The notes: a model not told the origin generated them from the sequence alone. Counted from the first letter of the stretch, positions 29,724 through 39,913 are shown. The stretch: DNA of 64,000 nt from Gammaproteobacteria bacterium (GCA_003132025.1 PKWJ01000020.1:3220-67219), one strand, 5' to 3'. Made by a program: numbers and translations.

Positions 29724-32207
29724 TTGAGACCAGGGAATCGTGTTTCAGTAGTCACGTTGCTCTCGATACTCATCGCTTCCCCTGCGGCGCTGGCGCAACA
29801 GGCGCCGCAGGCACAGCCGCCACAGCAGACCACTGAGCCAGGTGGCAGCGTGGTCGTCTCGACCTCCGCGCTCGGCGACCTCGATGAAATCGTCGTCAAC
29901 GGCATCAGGCGAGGAGATCTGATACTCCCGACCACCGTGTCGTCGACTTCCGCCTACGGACTGGATCTTGGCGTGATGGACACGCCGCGCAACAACACGC
30001 TGCTGTCGAAGGCACAGCTCGATGCGCTCAACGTCCAGAATCCGGGCGGGTTCTCGTTCCTGACCTCGAGCAGTTATTCGGACGCCTCGTTCGGCGAGCC
30101 GAACATTCCGCGCATCCGCGGCCAGTACGCCGACATGTTCTTCAATGGCATGCGCGACAGCTTTACGCTCAACGGCTACGGCGCCCCGATCAGTTTCAAC
30201 AGCGTGGATTCCATCGATATCGTCAAGGGTCCGGCGAGCGTCCAGGCGGGACCGGGCGCGGGCGTGGGCGGTGCGATCGACGTCACCACCAAGATGCCTT
30301 CATTCGTCAAGCCGATCGCCGATTTCACTCTGGAATTCGACACCCAGCAAAAGCGGCGCGCTTCCTTTGACCTCGGCGCTCCGCTGAATTCGACCATTGC
30401 CGGGCGCGTGGCCTTCACCGAGGACGACAGCGGCAGCTATTACAACAACATGTTTTTCCACCAGCAGTCGCTGTTTGCCTCGGTGATCGATCAGGTCACG
30501 CCGCAGTACTCAGTGCTGGTCACCGGCGGCCTGGAGAACACGACGTACCGGGAAAACGATGGCATCAATCGAGTCAGTCAGCAACTCATCGACAACAATA
30601 CCTATCTGACGGGCGGTGTATTGGGTGGTCCTGCGAACATTTATGGCTTCGGGTCCACGGTCGATTTGACCGGGACGACGAACCTCAACGATAAGATCAT
30701 CATCGACGAGCCGCCCGGTACCGGTGCCCACTCGCTACACATCAAGGGGCAGATCATCCAGACCTTCAAGGCCACGGATGATTTCACCATCGTGAATAAT
30801 ACGTTCTACGATTACATGAACCGCTACAACCAGACCGAGGACTATTACGCCGATACCGCCAAGGGCGCCTTTACGATCGAGAACAAGACCGACTTCAAGC
30901 TCAAGTTCGCCACCGGCTGGGTGAACCACGACGTCGATGCCGGCTTCACCTACCGCTACGCCCATGTGCTGGATATCCAGAATTTCGTCAACGAGCCGGT
31001 GAGCATCTTCGATCTGTCCGGGCCCTCCAATACCTGGGTGTTCCCGGCCTCACTCCAGGCCGGGGATGGGGGAATCCTCTACAACGCGGCTTTCAATCAT
31101 CTGCAATGGGGGCTTCCGGGACGCTATGGATTCGGCTTTCAGAATGGCACCGCCGATTCCAATCTGAAGGACGCGGCGATTTTCCTCGAGCATCGCATGC
31201 AGTTTTCACCGCAGTGGAGCGTGCTGTACGGCCTGCGCGGGGATGCGGTGCAGCTGGACTATTCCGACCCGCTCGGGGGGCCGGCTCCCATGAACGGCTA
31301 CCCGCAGAGTGCGTCCACCGCCTGGTACGGGTTGTACAACGGCAACATCAGTGTGGTGTACAGCCCGACCCAGCACGTCTCCACCTATCTCACCTACAAC
31401 AGGGCACAGTACTCCCAGCCAACGGCCAATGACGGCGCGATCGCCGAGTGGGGAGTGGCTGCGACCACGTACTTGCGGCAGAACACCTTGTTGGAAGAAG
31501 GGGGCGTGAAATTCGACCTGTTCGACAAGCGGCTGTTCATCTCGACCGCCGGTTTCTACCAGGAGCGCACCATAAGCACCGGCGTGGGCGGCCTCACGAG
31601 TACCCCGGCGCATATCAAGGGCGCCGAGATCGAGGCCAACTACCAGCCCGACCCGCACTTCTTCGCCACCGCCAGCTACTCGTATCTGCATACCACGCTC
31701 GACTACGGGGCGGATTTCTACAACTTTCCGGCAACACCGGGGCTCAACTACGACGGTGCCGGCGTCTCGGTGACCAATCCGTTCCAGCCAGGCCAGTCGT
31801 TCCAGGATCCGGGCGTGCCCCAGCAGCTGTTCAACATGCTGGCCAACTACAAGCACGAATCCGGCTGGGGTGGTCAGGCAAACATTCAGGTCACTGGCCC
31901 CGTTGCCGTGACGCAATCGGGTTTTCTCAACCTGCCGGCACTCGAGGCAGGTTACCCCGGCCTGCCGCCATCCCAGATCGCGCTTTACTCGGCCGACGGC
32001 GGGTACTACAAGGCGCCGATAATTCACTGGCAATACACGTTGAATGCCGCGGTGTTCTACACCTTCCGCCAGTACACCGCGAAGTTCTCGGTCTACAACG
32101 TGACCGACCGGCACAACCTGACCAACGACATTCCGTTCTATGGCAACGATTTCCTGACGCGACAACCGCCGACCGACTTCGACTTGACTCTAAGCGCCAA
32201 GTTCTAG
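29724..32207 (+). CDS. TonB-dependent outer-membrane receptor embedded in the purine cluster
   Basis: GAGGTG RBS and TTG start. Signal peptide (LLSILIASPAALAQQ), plug (IPRIRGQ, IDIVKGPASVQAGPGAGVGGAIDV), barrel, and C-terminal TLSAKF. Confidence 0.85.
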   Translation: MRPGNRVSVVTLLSILIASPAALAQQAPQAQPPQQTTEPGGSVVVSTSALGDLDEIVVNGIRRGDLILPTTVSSTSAYGLDLGVMDTPRNNTLLSKAQLDALNVQNPGGFSFLTSSSYSDASFGEPNIPRIRGQYADMFFNGMRDSFTLNGYGAPISFNSVDSIDIVKGPASVQAGPGAGVGGAIDVTTKMPSFVKPIADFTLEFDTQQKRRASFDLGAPLNSTIAGRVAFTEDDSGSYYNNMFFHQQSLFASVIDQVTPQYSVLVTGGLENTTYRENDGINRVSQQLIDNNTYLTGGVLGGPANIYGFGSTVDLTGTTNLNDKIIIDEPPGTGAHSLHIKGQIIQTFKATDDFTIVNNTFYDYMNRYNQTEDYYADTAKGAFTIENKTDFKLKFATGWVNHDVDAGFTYRYAHVLDIQNFVNEPVSIFDLSGPSNTWVFPASLQAGDGGILYNAAFNHLQWGLPGRYGFGFQNGTADSNLKDAAIFLEHRMQFSPQWSVLYGLRGDAVQLDYSDPLGGPAPMNGYPQSASTAWYGLYNGNISVVYSPTQHVSTYLTYNRAQYSQPTANDGAIAEWGVAATTYLRQNTLLEEGGVKFDLFDKRLFISTAGFYQERTISTGVGGLTSTPAHIKGAEIEANYQPDPHFFATASYSYLHTTLDYGADFYNFPATPGLNYDGAGVSVTNPFQPGQSFQDPGVPQQLFNMLANYKHESGWGGQANIQVTGPVAVTQSGFLNLPALEAGYPGLPPSQIALYSADGGYYKAPIIHWQYTLNAAVFYTFRQYTAKFSVYNVTDRHNLTNDIPFYGNDFLTRQPPTDFDLTLSAKF

Positions 32208-32271
32208 GCGCCTGATATCGCGGGCCTGCGTCGCGGCGCTCATCGCGCCGCACGTGGGCCTTGGGGCGTAC

Positions 32272-32306
32272 ATTCAGGGTTGACACTTTTGTGTACAACC
32301 CTGAAT
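32272..32306. repeat. 35-bp near-perfect palindrome (15 bp stem, one bulge, TTTT centre) between the receptor and uraH
   Basis: ATTCAGGGTTGACAC TTTT GTGT(A)CAACCCTGAAT. It contains a TTGACA hexamer (32280-32285) and has no clear U-tract after it. Confidence 0.6.
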
Positions 32307-32402
32307 TAATTCGCATACACTCACCTCGGGCCGCCGTCATTTAATCATTAAGGCGCTGCTCACCCGCCGACACATGGCAACCCAGTCGCTCGGATCGCTG
32401 CA

Positions 32403-32756
32403 ATGGGCCAACTGACGACGCACGTACTCGACACCAGCGCCGGTGTGCCGGCCGCCGGAATCAGGATTGAACTGCACGAACTGGCAGCGGCCGGAGCGAA
32501 ATTGCTCACCGCGACGACCACCGGCCAGGACGGGCGTTGCGCCGCGCCGTTGCTCACCGGCAGCGGCTTTCGCAGCGGCCGCTACGCCTTGACCTTCCAT
32601 GTCGCGGAATATTTCCTGGCGCGCGGCGTGACGCTACCGGTTCCGGCGTTTCTCGAGGATGTCGTGGTGCGCATCGGTATTGCGCAGCCGTCCGAGCACT
32701 ACCACGTGCCGCTGCTGGTCTCGCCCTGGAGCTACTCGGTGTACCGGGGAGGCTAG
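32403..32756 (+). CDS. uraH: 5-hydroxyisourate hydrolase (transthyretin-like)
   Basis: 117 aa. LTTHVLDTSAGVPAAG N-terminus, HYHVPLLVSPWSYSVYRGG C-terminus. Confidence 0.9.
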   Translation: MGQLTTHVLDTSAGVPAAGIRIELHELAAAGAKLLTATTTGQDGRCAAPLLTGSGFRSGRYALTFHVAEYFLARGVTLPVPAFLEDVVVRIGIAQPSEHYHVPLLVSPWSYSVYRGG

Positions 32757-32762
32757 AGGGGC

Positions 32763-34253
32763 GTGACCGCAGGGGTGCCCCAAAGCGCATCGAACATTAT
32801 TCGCTTCCTGCTCGATGGCGAGCAGGTCAGCGCTTCGGGCCTGCCCCCCACGATGACTGTGCTCGAGTACCTGCGCGAGGTAGCTCATCGTACCGGGACC
32901 AAGGAGGGTTGCGCGGAAGGGGATTGCGGTGCCTGCACCGTGGTGCTGGGCGAGCTGGCGCCGGATGGCACCCGGGTCGGTTACCGCGCGGTCAACTCCT
33001 GCATTCGACTGCTGCCGACCATCGATGGCCAGGATCTCGTCACCGTCGAGAGCCTGCAGGCCAGGGATGGGCCGCTGCATCCGGTGCAGCAGGCCATGGT
33101 GGACCATCATGGCTCGCAATGCGGTTTCTGCACCCCGGGGTTCGTGATGTCGCTGTTCGCGCTGTATCTGCATAACCCGTCTCCGGCGCGCGAACAGGTG
33201 CTCGAGGCGCTGGCGGGAAATCTGTGTCGCTGTACCGGCTATCGCCCGATCATCGATGCAGGCATGCGCATGGGCGGTTATCCCACGCCGGCGAACTGGA
33301 GTCGCGAGGCGGCGTACTCATCCGCGCGCCTGGCGGCATTGCGCGCACTGCGGCGCACGCAGTCGCTGAAGTTTCCCGGATTCCGCGCGCCGCGCAGCTG
33401 CGATGAGTTGGCCGCGGCGTTCGAAGCCGATCCTGGCGCCGTGCTGCTGGCCGGTGGCACGGATATCGGGTTATGGGTCACGCAGCAACTGCGCGAGCTG
33501 CCGTCGATCATCTATATCGGCGAAGTCGCCGAGCTCAAGTGCATCCGCAGCGATGCGGCCGGCATCATGATCGGTGCCGCGGTGCCGCTGACTGAAGGCT
33601 GGGGTGCGATCGTCGCCGCCTATCCGCAACTGGCCGAACTGGCGCAGCGCTTTGGTTCTCCCCCGGTGCGCAATTCCGGCACGCTGTGCGGCAATATCGC
33701 CAACGGCTCGCCGATCGGCGATGCCATGCCGGTGCTGATCGCGCTGGGCGCCGAAATCGAACTGCGCCGCGGCAGCCACACCCGCCGCCTGCCGCTCGAT
33801 CAGTTCTACCTCGGCTATCAGCGCAAGGATCTTGCCAGCGCCGAGTTCATCACGGCGGTGGTCGTGCCGGCGCCGCAGGCCGGGCGGCGCGTGGCGAGTT
33901 ACAAAGTCTCGAAACGATTTGATCAGGACATCTCTGCCGTGTGTGCGGCATTCGCCGTGGATCAGCAGGGCGATCGCGTCAGCTTCGCGCGCATTGCCTT
34001 CGGCGGCCTGGCTGCAATCCCAGCCCGGGCGCGCGCGACTGAAGCCGCTCTGACTGGGCGGCCGTGGAACCTGGACAGCATCGAGACGGCCGCGGCAGCG
34101 CTGACCGAGGACTTCCGGCCGCTGACCGATCTGCGCGCCAGCAGCGCCTACCGGTTGCAGGCCGCGGGCAACCTGCTGCGTCGCTTCTATTTCGAATCGG
34201 GGGGCGTGGCAAACGCCGTGCGCACTGCTGAGGTCGTGGCCAGTGCGCGCTAG
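32763..34253 (+). CDS. xdhA: Xanthine dehydrogenase small subunit (2Fe-2S / FAD)
   Basis: GCAEGDCGACTV and CGFCTPG iron-sulfur motifs, CRCTGYRPI, and an FAD-binding middle domain. Confidence 0.9.
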   Translation: MTAGVPQSASNIIRFLLDGEQVSASGLPPTMTVLEYLREVAHRTGTKEGCAEGDCGACTVVLGELAPDGTRVGYRAVNSCIRLLPTIDGQDLVTVESLQARDGPLHPVQQAMVDHHGSQCGFCTPGFVMSLFALYLHNPSPAREQVLEALAGNLCRCTGYRPIIDAGMRMGGYPTPANWSREAAYSSARLAALRALRRTQSLKFPGFRAPRSCDELAAAFEADPGAVLLAGGTDIGLWVTQQLRELPSIIYIGEVAELKCIRSDAAGIMIGAAVPLTEGWGAIVAAYPQLAELAQRFGSPPVRNSGTLCGNIANGSPIGDAMPVLIALGAEIELRRGSHTRRLPLDQFYLGYQRKDLASAEFITAVVVPAPQAGRRVASYKVSKRFDQDISAVCAAFAVDQQGDRVSFARIAFGGLAAIPARARATEAALTGRPWNLDSIETAAAALTEDFRPLTDLRASSAYRLQAAGNLLRRFYFESGGVANAVRTAEVVASAR

Positions 34254-34257
34254 CGCC

Positions 34258-36558
34258 ATGGCGGATGCGGTCGACACCGCCCCGCGCCACGAAAGTGCCC
34301 ACCTGCATGTCAGCGGCCAGGCGCTGTACGCCGACGACATCGCGCTGCCAGCCGATGCACTGCACGCCGCCTTCGGCATCAGCGCCATTGCGCACGGACA
34401 CATCCGTACGCTGGATCTCGCTCCGGTGCTGGCCAGCCCTAACGTGTCCAGCGTCGCGGTTGCGAGCGATATCCCGGGCGAAAACAATTACGGCTCGGTG
34501 CTGCATGATGATCCGATCTTCGCGGACGGATTGGTGCAGTACGCCGGCCAGCCACTGTTCGCCGTCGCAGCGCGCTCCCACGGCGCGGCGCGTAAGGCCG
34601 CACGCCAGGCGCGCGTCGACTACCAGCCGCTGCCGGCGATCCTGGACATTCGTGCGGCGCTCGCCGCGCACAGCTTCGTGCTGCCCACCGAGCGGCTGGT
34701 GCGCGGCAACCCGGACGAGATCCTGGCGCTCGCCCCACGGCGGGCCCGCGGCACGGTGATCATCGGCGGGCAGGATCATTTCTACCTGGAGGGACAGATC
34801 GCCATCGCCCTGCCGCAGGAAGACGGCACGATGCTGGTCCACAGTTCCACCCAGCATCCGAGTGAAGTGCAACAACTCGTGGCGCACGCGCTGGCCAGGC
34901 ACGCGCACGACGTGACGGTGCAGTGCCGGCGCATGGGCGGTGGATTCGGCGGCAAGGAAACCCAGCCGGCCCTGATCGCCGCGGCGGCGGCGGTGCTGGC
35001 ACACAAGACCGGGCGCCCCGTGAAGCTGCGGGTCGATCGTGATACCGACATGCTGATGACCGGCAAACGCCACGATTTCCTGGCTGAATACGATGTCGGC
35101 TTCGATGATACGGGCCGCGTACTGGCGCTGCGCATCATGCTGGCTTCGCGCTGTGGCTATTCAGCCGATCTGTCCGGTCCGGTCAACGATCGCGCGCTGA
35201 TGCACCTCGATAACGCCTATTTTCTTGAGCACGTCGAGATCATCTCGCACCGGTGCAAGACGCACACCGTGTCGAACACTGCCTTTCGCGGCTTCGGTGG
35301 CCCGCAGGGCATGCTCGTGATCGAACAGATCATCGACCACATCGCGCGCACGCTCGGTACCGATGCACTGGCGGTGCGGCAGCGCAATTTCTACGGCACC
35401 GACTGCCGCAACGTCACCCACTACGGCCAGACGGTGGAAGACAATGTGATTCACAAGATCGTCGAGCGGCTGGCCGCCGATGCTCACTATGCGCAGCGCC
35501 GCCGGCAGATCGGAGCCTGGAATGCCGCAAGTCCGATCATCAAGCGCGGGCTGGCGCTGACGCCGGTCAAGTTTGGAATCTCCTTCACGTCCACTGCGTT
35601 CAACCAGGCGGGCGCGCTGCTGCACGTCTACAGCGATGGCACGGTGCTGCTCAATCACGGCGGCACGGAGATGGGGCAGGGGCTGTTCACCAAGATCGCG
35701 CAGGTGGTCGCGGCCGAGTTGGGTCTGCCGCTGGCGGCGATCCGGGTGTCGGCCACCGATACCGCCAAGGTGCCCAACACGTCGGCGAGCGCCGCATCCT
35801 CGAGTTCGGACTTGAACGGCAAGGCCGCGCAGGCGGCCGCTCAGACCATCCGGCAGCGACTGGTGCAGCATGCCTGCGACAGCTACGGTGCCGAGGCGCA
35901 GCAGGTGCGGTTTCAGGAGGGGCGCGTGCTCATCGGTGAGCGCAGTGTCAGCTTCGGCGAGCTGGTGGAGAACGCCTACCGGGCACGAATATCCTTGTCG
36001 TCGACCGGCTACTACCGTACGCCGAAAATCCAGTGGGACAAGGCGGCCATGCGGGGCCGGCCATTTTTTTATTTCGCGTACGGGGCCGCGGTCAGTGAAG
36101 TCGCCGTGGACTGCCTGAGCGGCGAGACGCAGCTGCTGCGCGTGGATATCCTGCACGATGCCGGCACGCCGCTGAATTCCGCCATCGACCTCGGCCAGAC
36201 CGAAGGCGGTTTCCTGCAGGGCGTCGGCTGGCTCACGTCGGAGGAATTGTGGTGGAACGATGACGGCGAGCTGCGCACGCACGCGCCATCGACCTACAAG
36301 ATTCCCACGGCGCGGGACTGGCCGGCAGAGGCCACGGTGCGCCTGCTGGATTGCGAGCCGAATCGGGAGGACACGATCTATCGCTCCAAGGCCGTGGGGG
36401 AGCCGCCGCTGATGCTCGCGATTTCGGTGCTGCATGCGATTCGCGATGCGGTTGCCAGCTGCGGTGCGGCCGGCGCGCTACCCGAGCTGCCGGCGCCGGC
36501 GACGCCTGAGGCCGTACTGCGCGCCATTGGCGGCATTCGCCGCGGGGCGGGTGCATGA
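34258..36558 (+). CDS. xdhB: Xanthine dehydrogenase molybdopterin-binding large subunit
   Basis: HESAHLHVSGQALYADD, MGGGFGGKETQ, FRGFGGPQG, GTEMGQGL and SKAVGEPP motifs. ATG 34258 is preferred over GTG 34243. Confidence 0.9.
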   Translation: MADAVDTAPRHESAHLHVSGQALYADDIALPADALHAAFGISAIAHGHIRTLDLAPVLASPNVSSVAVASDIPGENNYGSVLHDDPIFADGLVQYAGQPLFAVAARSHGAARKAARQARVDYQPLPAILDIRAALAAHSFVLPTERLVRGNPDEILALAPRRARGTVIIGGQDHFYLEGQIAIALPQEDGTMLVHSSTQHPSEVQQLVAHALARHAHDVTVQCRRMGGGFGGKETQPALIAAAAAVLAHKTGRPVKLRVDRDTDMLMTGKRHDFLAEYDVGFDDTGRVLALRIMLASRCGYSADLSGPVNDRALMHLDNAYFLEHVEIISHRCKTHTVSNTAFRGFGGPQGMLVIEQIIDHIARTLGTDALAVRQRNFYGTDCRNVTHYGQTVEDNVIHKIVERLAADAHYAQRRRQIGAWNAASPIIKRGLALTPVKFGISFTSTAFNQAGALLHVYSDGTVLLNHGGTEMGQGLFTKIAQVVAAELGLPLAAIRVSATDTAKVPNTSASAASSSSDLNGKAAQAAAQTIRQRLVQHACDSYGAEAQQVRFQEGRVLIGERSVSFGELVENAYRARISLSSTGYYRTPKIQWDKAAMRGRPFFYFAYGAAVSEVAVDCLSGETQLLRVDILHDAGTPLNSAIDLGQTEGGFLQGVGWLTSEELWWNDDGELRTHAPSTYKIPTARDWPAEATVRLLDCEPNREDTIYRSKAVGEPPLMLAISVLHAIRDAVASCGAAGALPELPAPATPEAVLRAIGGIRRGAGA

Positions 36559-37712
36559 GCCGGCCGCTGGCGCGGCGCACGCCTGGCGCAGCCGCGCCGA
36601 CCGCGGCGCGAGCCGACTGGCTCAAGCCGCTGCGCGATTGGCCGCAGGCGCTCCTGCAAGCGCTGCAGCGCGAACCGGCGATCATCCGGATCGTCGTCAC
36701 CAAGGTGCTCGGCTCGGCGCCGCGTGAGGCAGGCGTCTGCATGCTCGTAGGCCGCGATGAAATCCAGGGCACCATTGGCGGCGGTCAGCTCGAATGGCAG
36801 GCTCTCGCGGTCGCGCGAACGCTGCTGGCGGGCACCGCACCAGCGGCACGCATGCAGCGCCTGGTGCTTGGCGCCGAGCTGGCGCAGTGCTGCGGCGGGG
36901 TGGTGGAGATGTGGATGGAGCGCTATACGTGCGCCGATGGCGCGTTGCTGCGAACGGCGAGCGATGCCGCCCGCCGCGGCGGCGCGCTGCTGATCAGCAG
37001 CATCACGCCCCACGGCGTGCGACGGCAGATCGTGAGCGCCTGCGGCACGAACCCCGAGACCGATCTGATGCTGCGACGTCCACGCGCGCTCGTGCTGCCG
37101 CGCGTGAGCGGCGCTGTATCCGGTCACGCCACGCTGTGGGAACGGCTGGATGAGGACCTGCCAGTGCTGTGGCTGTACGGGGCCGGACACGTCGGACAGG
37201 CGCTGGCGCGTATCGTGGCCGAACTGCCGCTGCGCCTGACGTGGATCGACACCCGCGCCGAACTGTTCCCGATGCAGATCCCCGAGGCGGTGCGGATCGT
37301 GCATGCGCCGGAGCTGGTGCCGACCGTGGCGGCCGCGCCGGCCGGCACCCGCTTTCTGGTGCTCACTCACAGCCACCCGCTCGACTACGCGCTGTGCAAG
37401 GCGATTCTGGAACGCGGTGACTTCGCCTCGCTCGGCCTGATTGGTTCCAAGAGCAAGGGCGCGCGCTTTCGTTCGCGGCTGGCCCGCGATGGGGTGCCGG
37501 CCGCAAGCATCGCGCGGCTGCTGTGCCCGATCGGTGCCGCCGGCATCGCCAGCAAATGGCCGGCGGCAATCGCCGTCGCCGTCGCGTTCGAATTGCTGCA
37601 GTCGATCGGCCCCCGCAGCGCCGCTGATCATCCGGCGAGCGTGCCGCCGCTGGCGGGTGCGGCCTGTGAGGCGCTGAGCTGCGCGAACTGCCGGTCACGC
37701 GACGGCGCTTGA
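36555..37712 (+). CDS. xdhC: Xanthine dehydrogenase accessory protein XdhC
   Basis: ATGA overlap with xdhB. VTKVLGSAPREAGVCMLV and LWLYGAGHVGQAL Rossmann-like motifs. Confidence 0.8.
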   Translation: MSRPLARRTPGAAAPTAARADWLKPLRDWPQALLQALQREPAIIRIVVTKVLGSAPREAGVCMLVGRDEIQGTIGGGQLEWQALAVARTLLAGTAPAARMQRLVLGAELAQCCGGVVEMWMERYTCADGALLRTASDAARRGGALLISSITPHGVRRQIVSACGTNPETDLMLRRPRALVLPRVSGAVSGHATLWERLDEDLPVLWLYGAGHVGQALARIVAELPLRLTWIDTRAELFPMQIPEAVRIVHAPELVPTVAAAPAGTRFLVLTHSHPLDYALCKAILERGDFASLGLIGSKSKGARFRSRLARDGVPAASIARLLCPIGAAGIASKWPAAIAVAVAFELLQSIGPRSAADHPASVPPLAGAACEALSCANCRSRDGA

Positions 37713-37714
37713 AG

Positions 37715-38929
37715 ATGGCGAGCTACCTGCTCGATTGGCTCGGCCTGCTGCTACGCTGGCTGCACGTCGTCGCCGGCATCGCCTGGATCGGCGCGTCGTT
37801 CTACTTCGTCTGGCTCGACAATCACCTGCAGCCACCGCGCAACGGCGACGCTGTGGATCCGGGTGTCGCCGGCGAGTTGTGGGCGGTGCATGGGGGCGGC
37901 TTTTACCGCTCGCAGAAGTACCGGCTGGCGCCGGTGCTGCTGCCGCCGACCCTGCACTGGTTCTACTGGGAGGCGTACACCACCTGGCTGTCGGGTTTCG
38001 CGCTGCTGTGCCTGCTGTATTTCCTGCGCGCCGAGGCCTATTTGATCGACCCGGCGGTCGCGGTGCTGTCCAAGCCGATGGCGGTCGGCATCGCGGTGAG
38101 CTTCATCATCGCCAGCTGGCTGGTCTATGACGGCCTGTGCCGCTCGCCGCTTGGCCGCCACGCCCGCGCCCTGGGCGCGCTAGTGGGACTGGCGCTGGCC
38201 GCGCAGGCCTGGGGACTGTGCCAGCTGTTCAGCGGTCGCGGTGCATTCATGCTGTTCGGGTCCGCGATCGGCAGCATCATGGTTGCCAACGTGCTGTTCG
38301 TGATCATTCCCGGCCAGCGCGAACTGGTACATGCGAAGCAGCAGGGGCGGGCTCCCGACCCCACTCCGGGGCTGCGCGCCAGGCAGCGTTCAGTGCACAA
38401 CACCTATTTCACGCTCCCGGTGCTGTTCACCATGATCAGCAATCATTACGCGGTGACCTACGGCGCGCGTTACAACTGGCTGGTACTCATTGCGATCAGT
38501 TTCGCCGGCGCCTGCATCCGCGCCTGGTTCGTGGCCCGCCACCGCGCCGCCGAGCGCGGCTACGTGCCGCTGCTGCCGGCGGTGCTGGGCGCACTGGCAT
38601 TGGCCGTCGTGGTGGTCGCGCTGGCACCGGCGCGAGGGCGTGGTGCCGCGGGCCCGCAGCCGGTGGCAGCCAGCGGTGAGGTATCGCACGTGCAGCAGAT
38701 CGTCCAGACGCGCTGCGTGCCATGCCATGCCGCCAAGCCGACCCAGGCCGGCTTCAGCGCGCCCCCCAACGGCCTGGTGCTGGAGACGCTCGATCAGCTG
38801 TTGGCGCATCTGCCGGAAGTACAGCAGCAACTGTCCGCACGCACCATGCCGCTCGGCAATCTCACCGCGATGACGGACGAGGAGCGCGCCACCATGCTGA
38901 TGTGGATTGGACATGGTGCACGCCATTGA
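37715..38929 (+). CDS. puuD: Membrane-bound cytochrome c urate hydroxylase
   Basis: Polytopic N-terminal domain (LLRWLHVVAGIAWIGASFYFVWLDN) plus a C-terminal c-type haem site CVPCH. Sits in the ureide-pathway context. Confidence 0.8.
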   Translation: MASYLLDWLGLLLRWLHVVAGIAWIGASFYFVWLDNHLQPPRNGDAVDPGVAGELWAVHGGGFYRSQKYRLAPVLLPPTLHWFYWEAYTTWLSGFALLCLLYFLRAEAYLIDPAVAVLSKPMAVGIAVSFIIASWLVYDGLCRSPLGRHARALGALVGLALAAQAWGLCQLFSGRGAFMLFGSAIGSIMVANVLFVIIPGQRELVHAKQQGRAPDPTPGLRARQRSVHNTYFTLPVLFTMISNHYAVTYGARYNWLVLIAISFAGACIRAWFVARHRAAERGYVPLLPAVLGALALAVVVVALAPARGRGAAGPQPVAASGEVSHVQQIVQTRCVPCHAAKPTQAGFSAPPNGLVLETLDQLLAHLPEVQQQLSARTMPLGNLTAMTDEERATMLMWIGHGARH

Positions 38930-38953
38930 GCCGGCTTGTTAAGGTGTCGATCC

Positions 38954-39913
38954 ATGGCGCCTGAAACCCAGCACTACCCGCGCGATCTGGTCGGATACGG
39001 CCGCCATCCACCGCATGCGCGTTGGCCCGGCGACGCCCGCATCGCGCTGCAGTTCGTGCTGAACTACGAGGAGGGCGCGGAGAACTGCGTGCTCGACGGC
39101 GATCCGGCGTCGGAAGTATTTCTGTCGGAGATCGTCAACGCGCAAGCATTCCCGATGCGCCACATGAGCATGGAATCGCTGTACGAATACGGTGCGCGCG
39201 CCGGACTGTGGCGGGTGCTGCGCGCGTTTGAGCGTCATCGCCTGCCGTTGACGGTGTTCGCAGTCGCCACCGCGGTACGTCGCAACCCGGAAGCGGCTGC
39301 CGCCTTCAAGGAGCTGGGACACGAGATCGCCTGTCACGGTCTGCGCTGGATCAGCTACCAGCAGGTGGACGAGGCCACCGAACGCGCGCATATAAGTGAA
39401 TCGATCGCCATTCTGCGCGACACCTTCGGCAGCGCGCCGCTGGGCTGGTACACCGGTCGCGACAGCCCGAATACCCGCCGCCTGGTGGTGGAGCACGGCG
39501 GCCTGCTGTATGACGCGGATTCATATGCCGATGACCTGCCGTACTGGACCGAGGTCGCGCTCGGTGCCGGCGCCGATCGGCGCGGCGTTGCGCACCTGGT
39601 GGTGCCGTACACCCTCGACACCAACGACATGCGGTTTGCGACGGCGCAGGGATTCAATAGCGGCAGCCAGTTCTTCGATTACCTGAAATCGGCGTTCGAT
39701 ACGCTGTATCGGGAAGGCGATCCGGACGGCCTCGATGCACCGAAGATGCTGTCGGTCGGACTGCACTGCCGTCTGATCGGCCGGCCGGGACGAATCGATG
39801 CGCTGGAGCGCTTCCTCGACTACGTACTGGCGCACCAGCGGGTCTGGATCTGCCGCCGCGTCGACATCGCGCGCCATTGGATCGCCAGGCACCCGTTCCG
39901 GCGCGACGCGTGA
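38954..39913 (+). CDS. puuE: Allantoinase, polysaccharide-deacetylase type
   Basis: YPRDLVGYGRHPPHARWPGDARIALQFVLNYEEGAENCVLDGD and HGLRW motifs. Confidence 0.85.
   Translation: MAPETQHYPRDLVGYGRHPPHARWPGDARIALQFVLNYEEGAENCVLDGDPASEVFLSEIVNAQAFPMRHMSMESLYEYGARAGLWRVLRAFERHRLPLTVFAVATAVRRNPEAAAAFKELGHEIACHGLRWISYQQVDEATERAHISESIAILRDTFGSAPLGWYTGRDSPNTRRLVVEHGGLLYDADSYADDLPYWTEVALGAGADRRGVAHLVVPYTLDTNDMRFATAQGFNSGSQFFDYLKSAFDTLYREGDPDGLDAPKMLSVGLHCRLIGRPGRIDALERFLDYVLAHQRVWICRRVDIARHWIARHPFRRDA

Noticed and set aside
34243-34257. GTG 34243 as the xdhB start, overlapping the xdhA stop.
   Set aside because: ATG 34258 directly after the xdhA stop gives the conserved N-terminus (MADAVDTAPRHESAHLHVSG). 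The five extra codons are not needed. This remains uncertain without an alignment.
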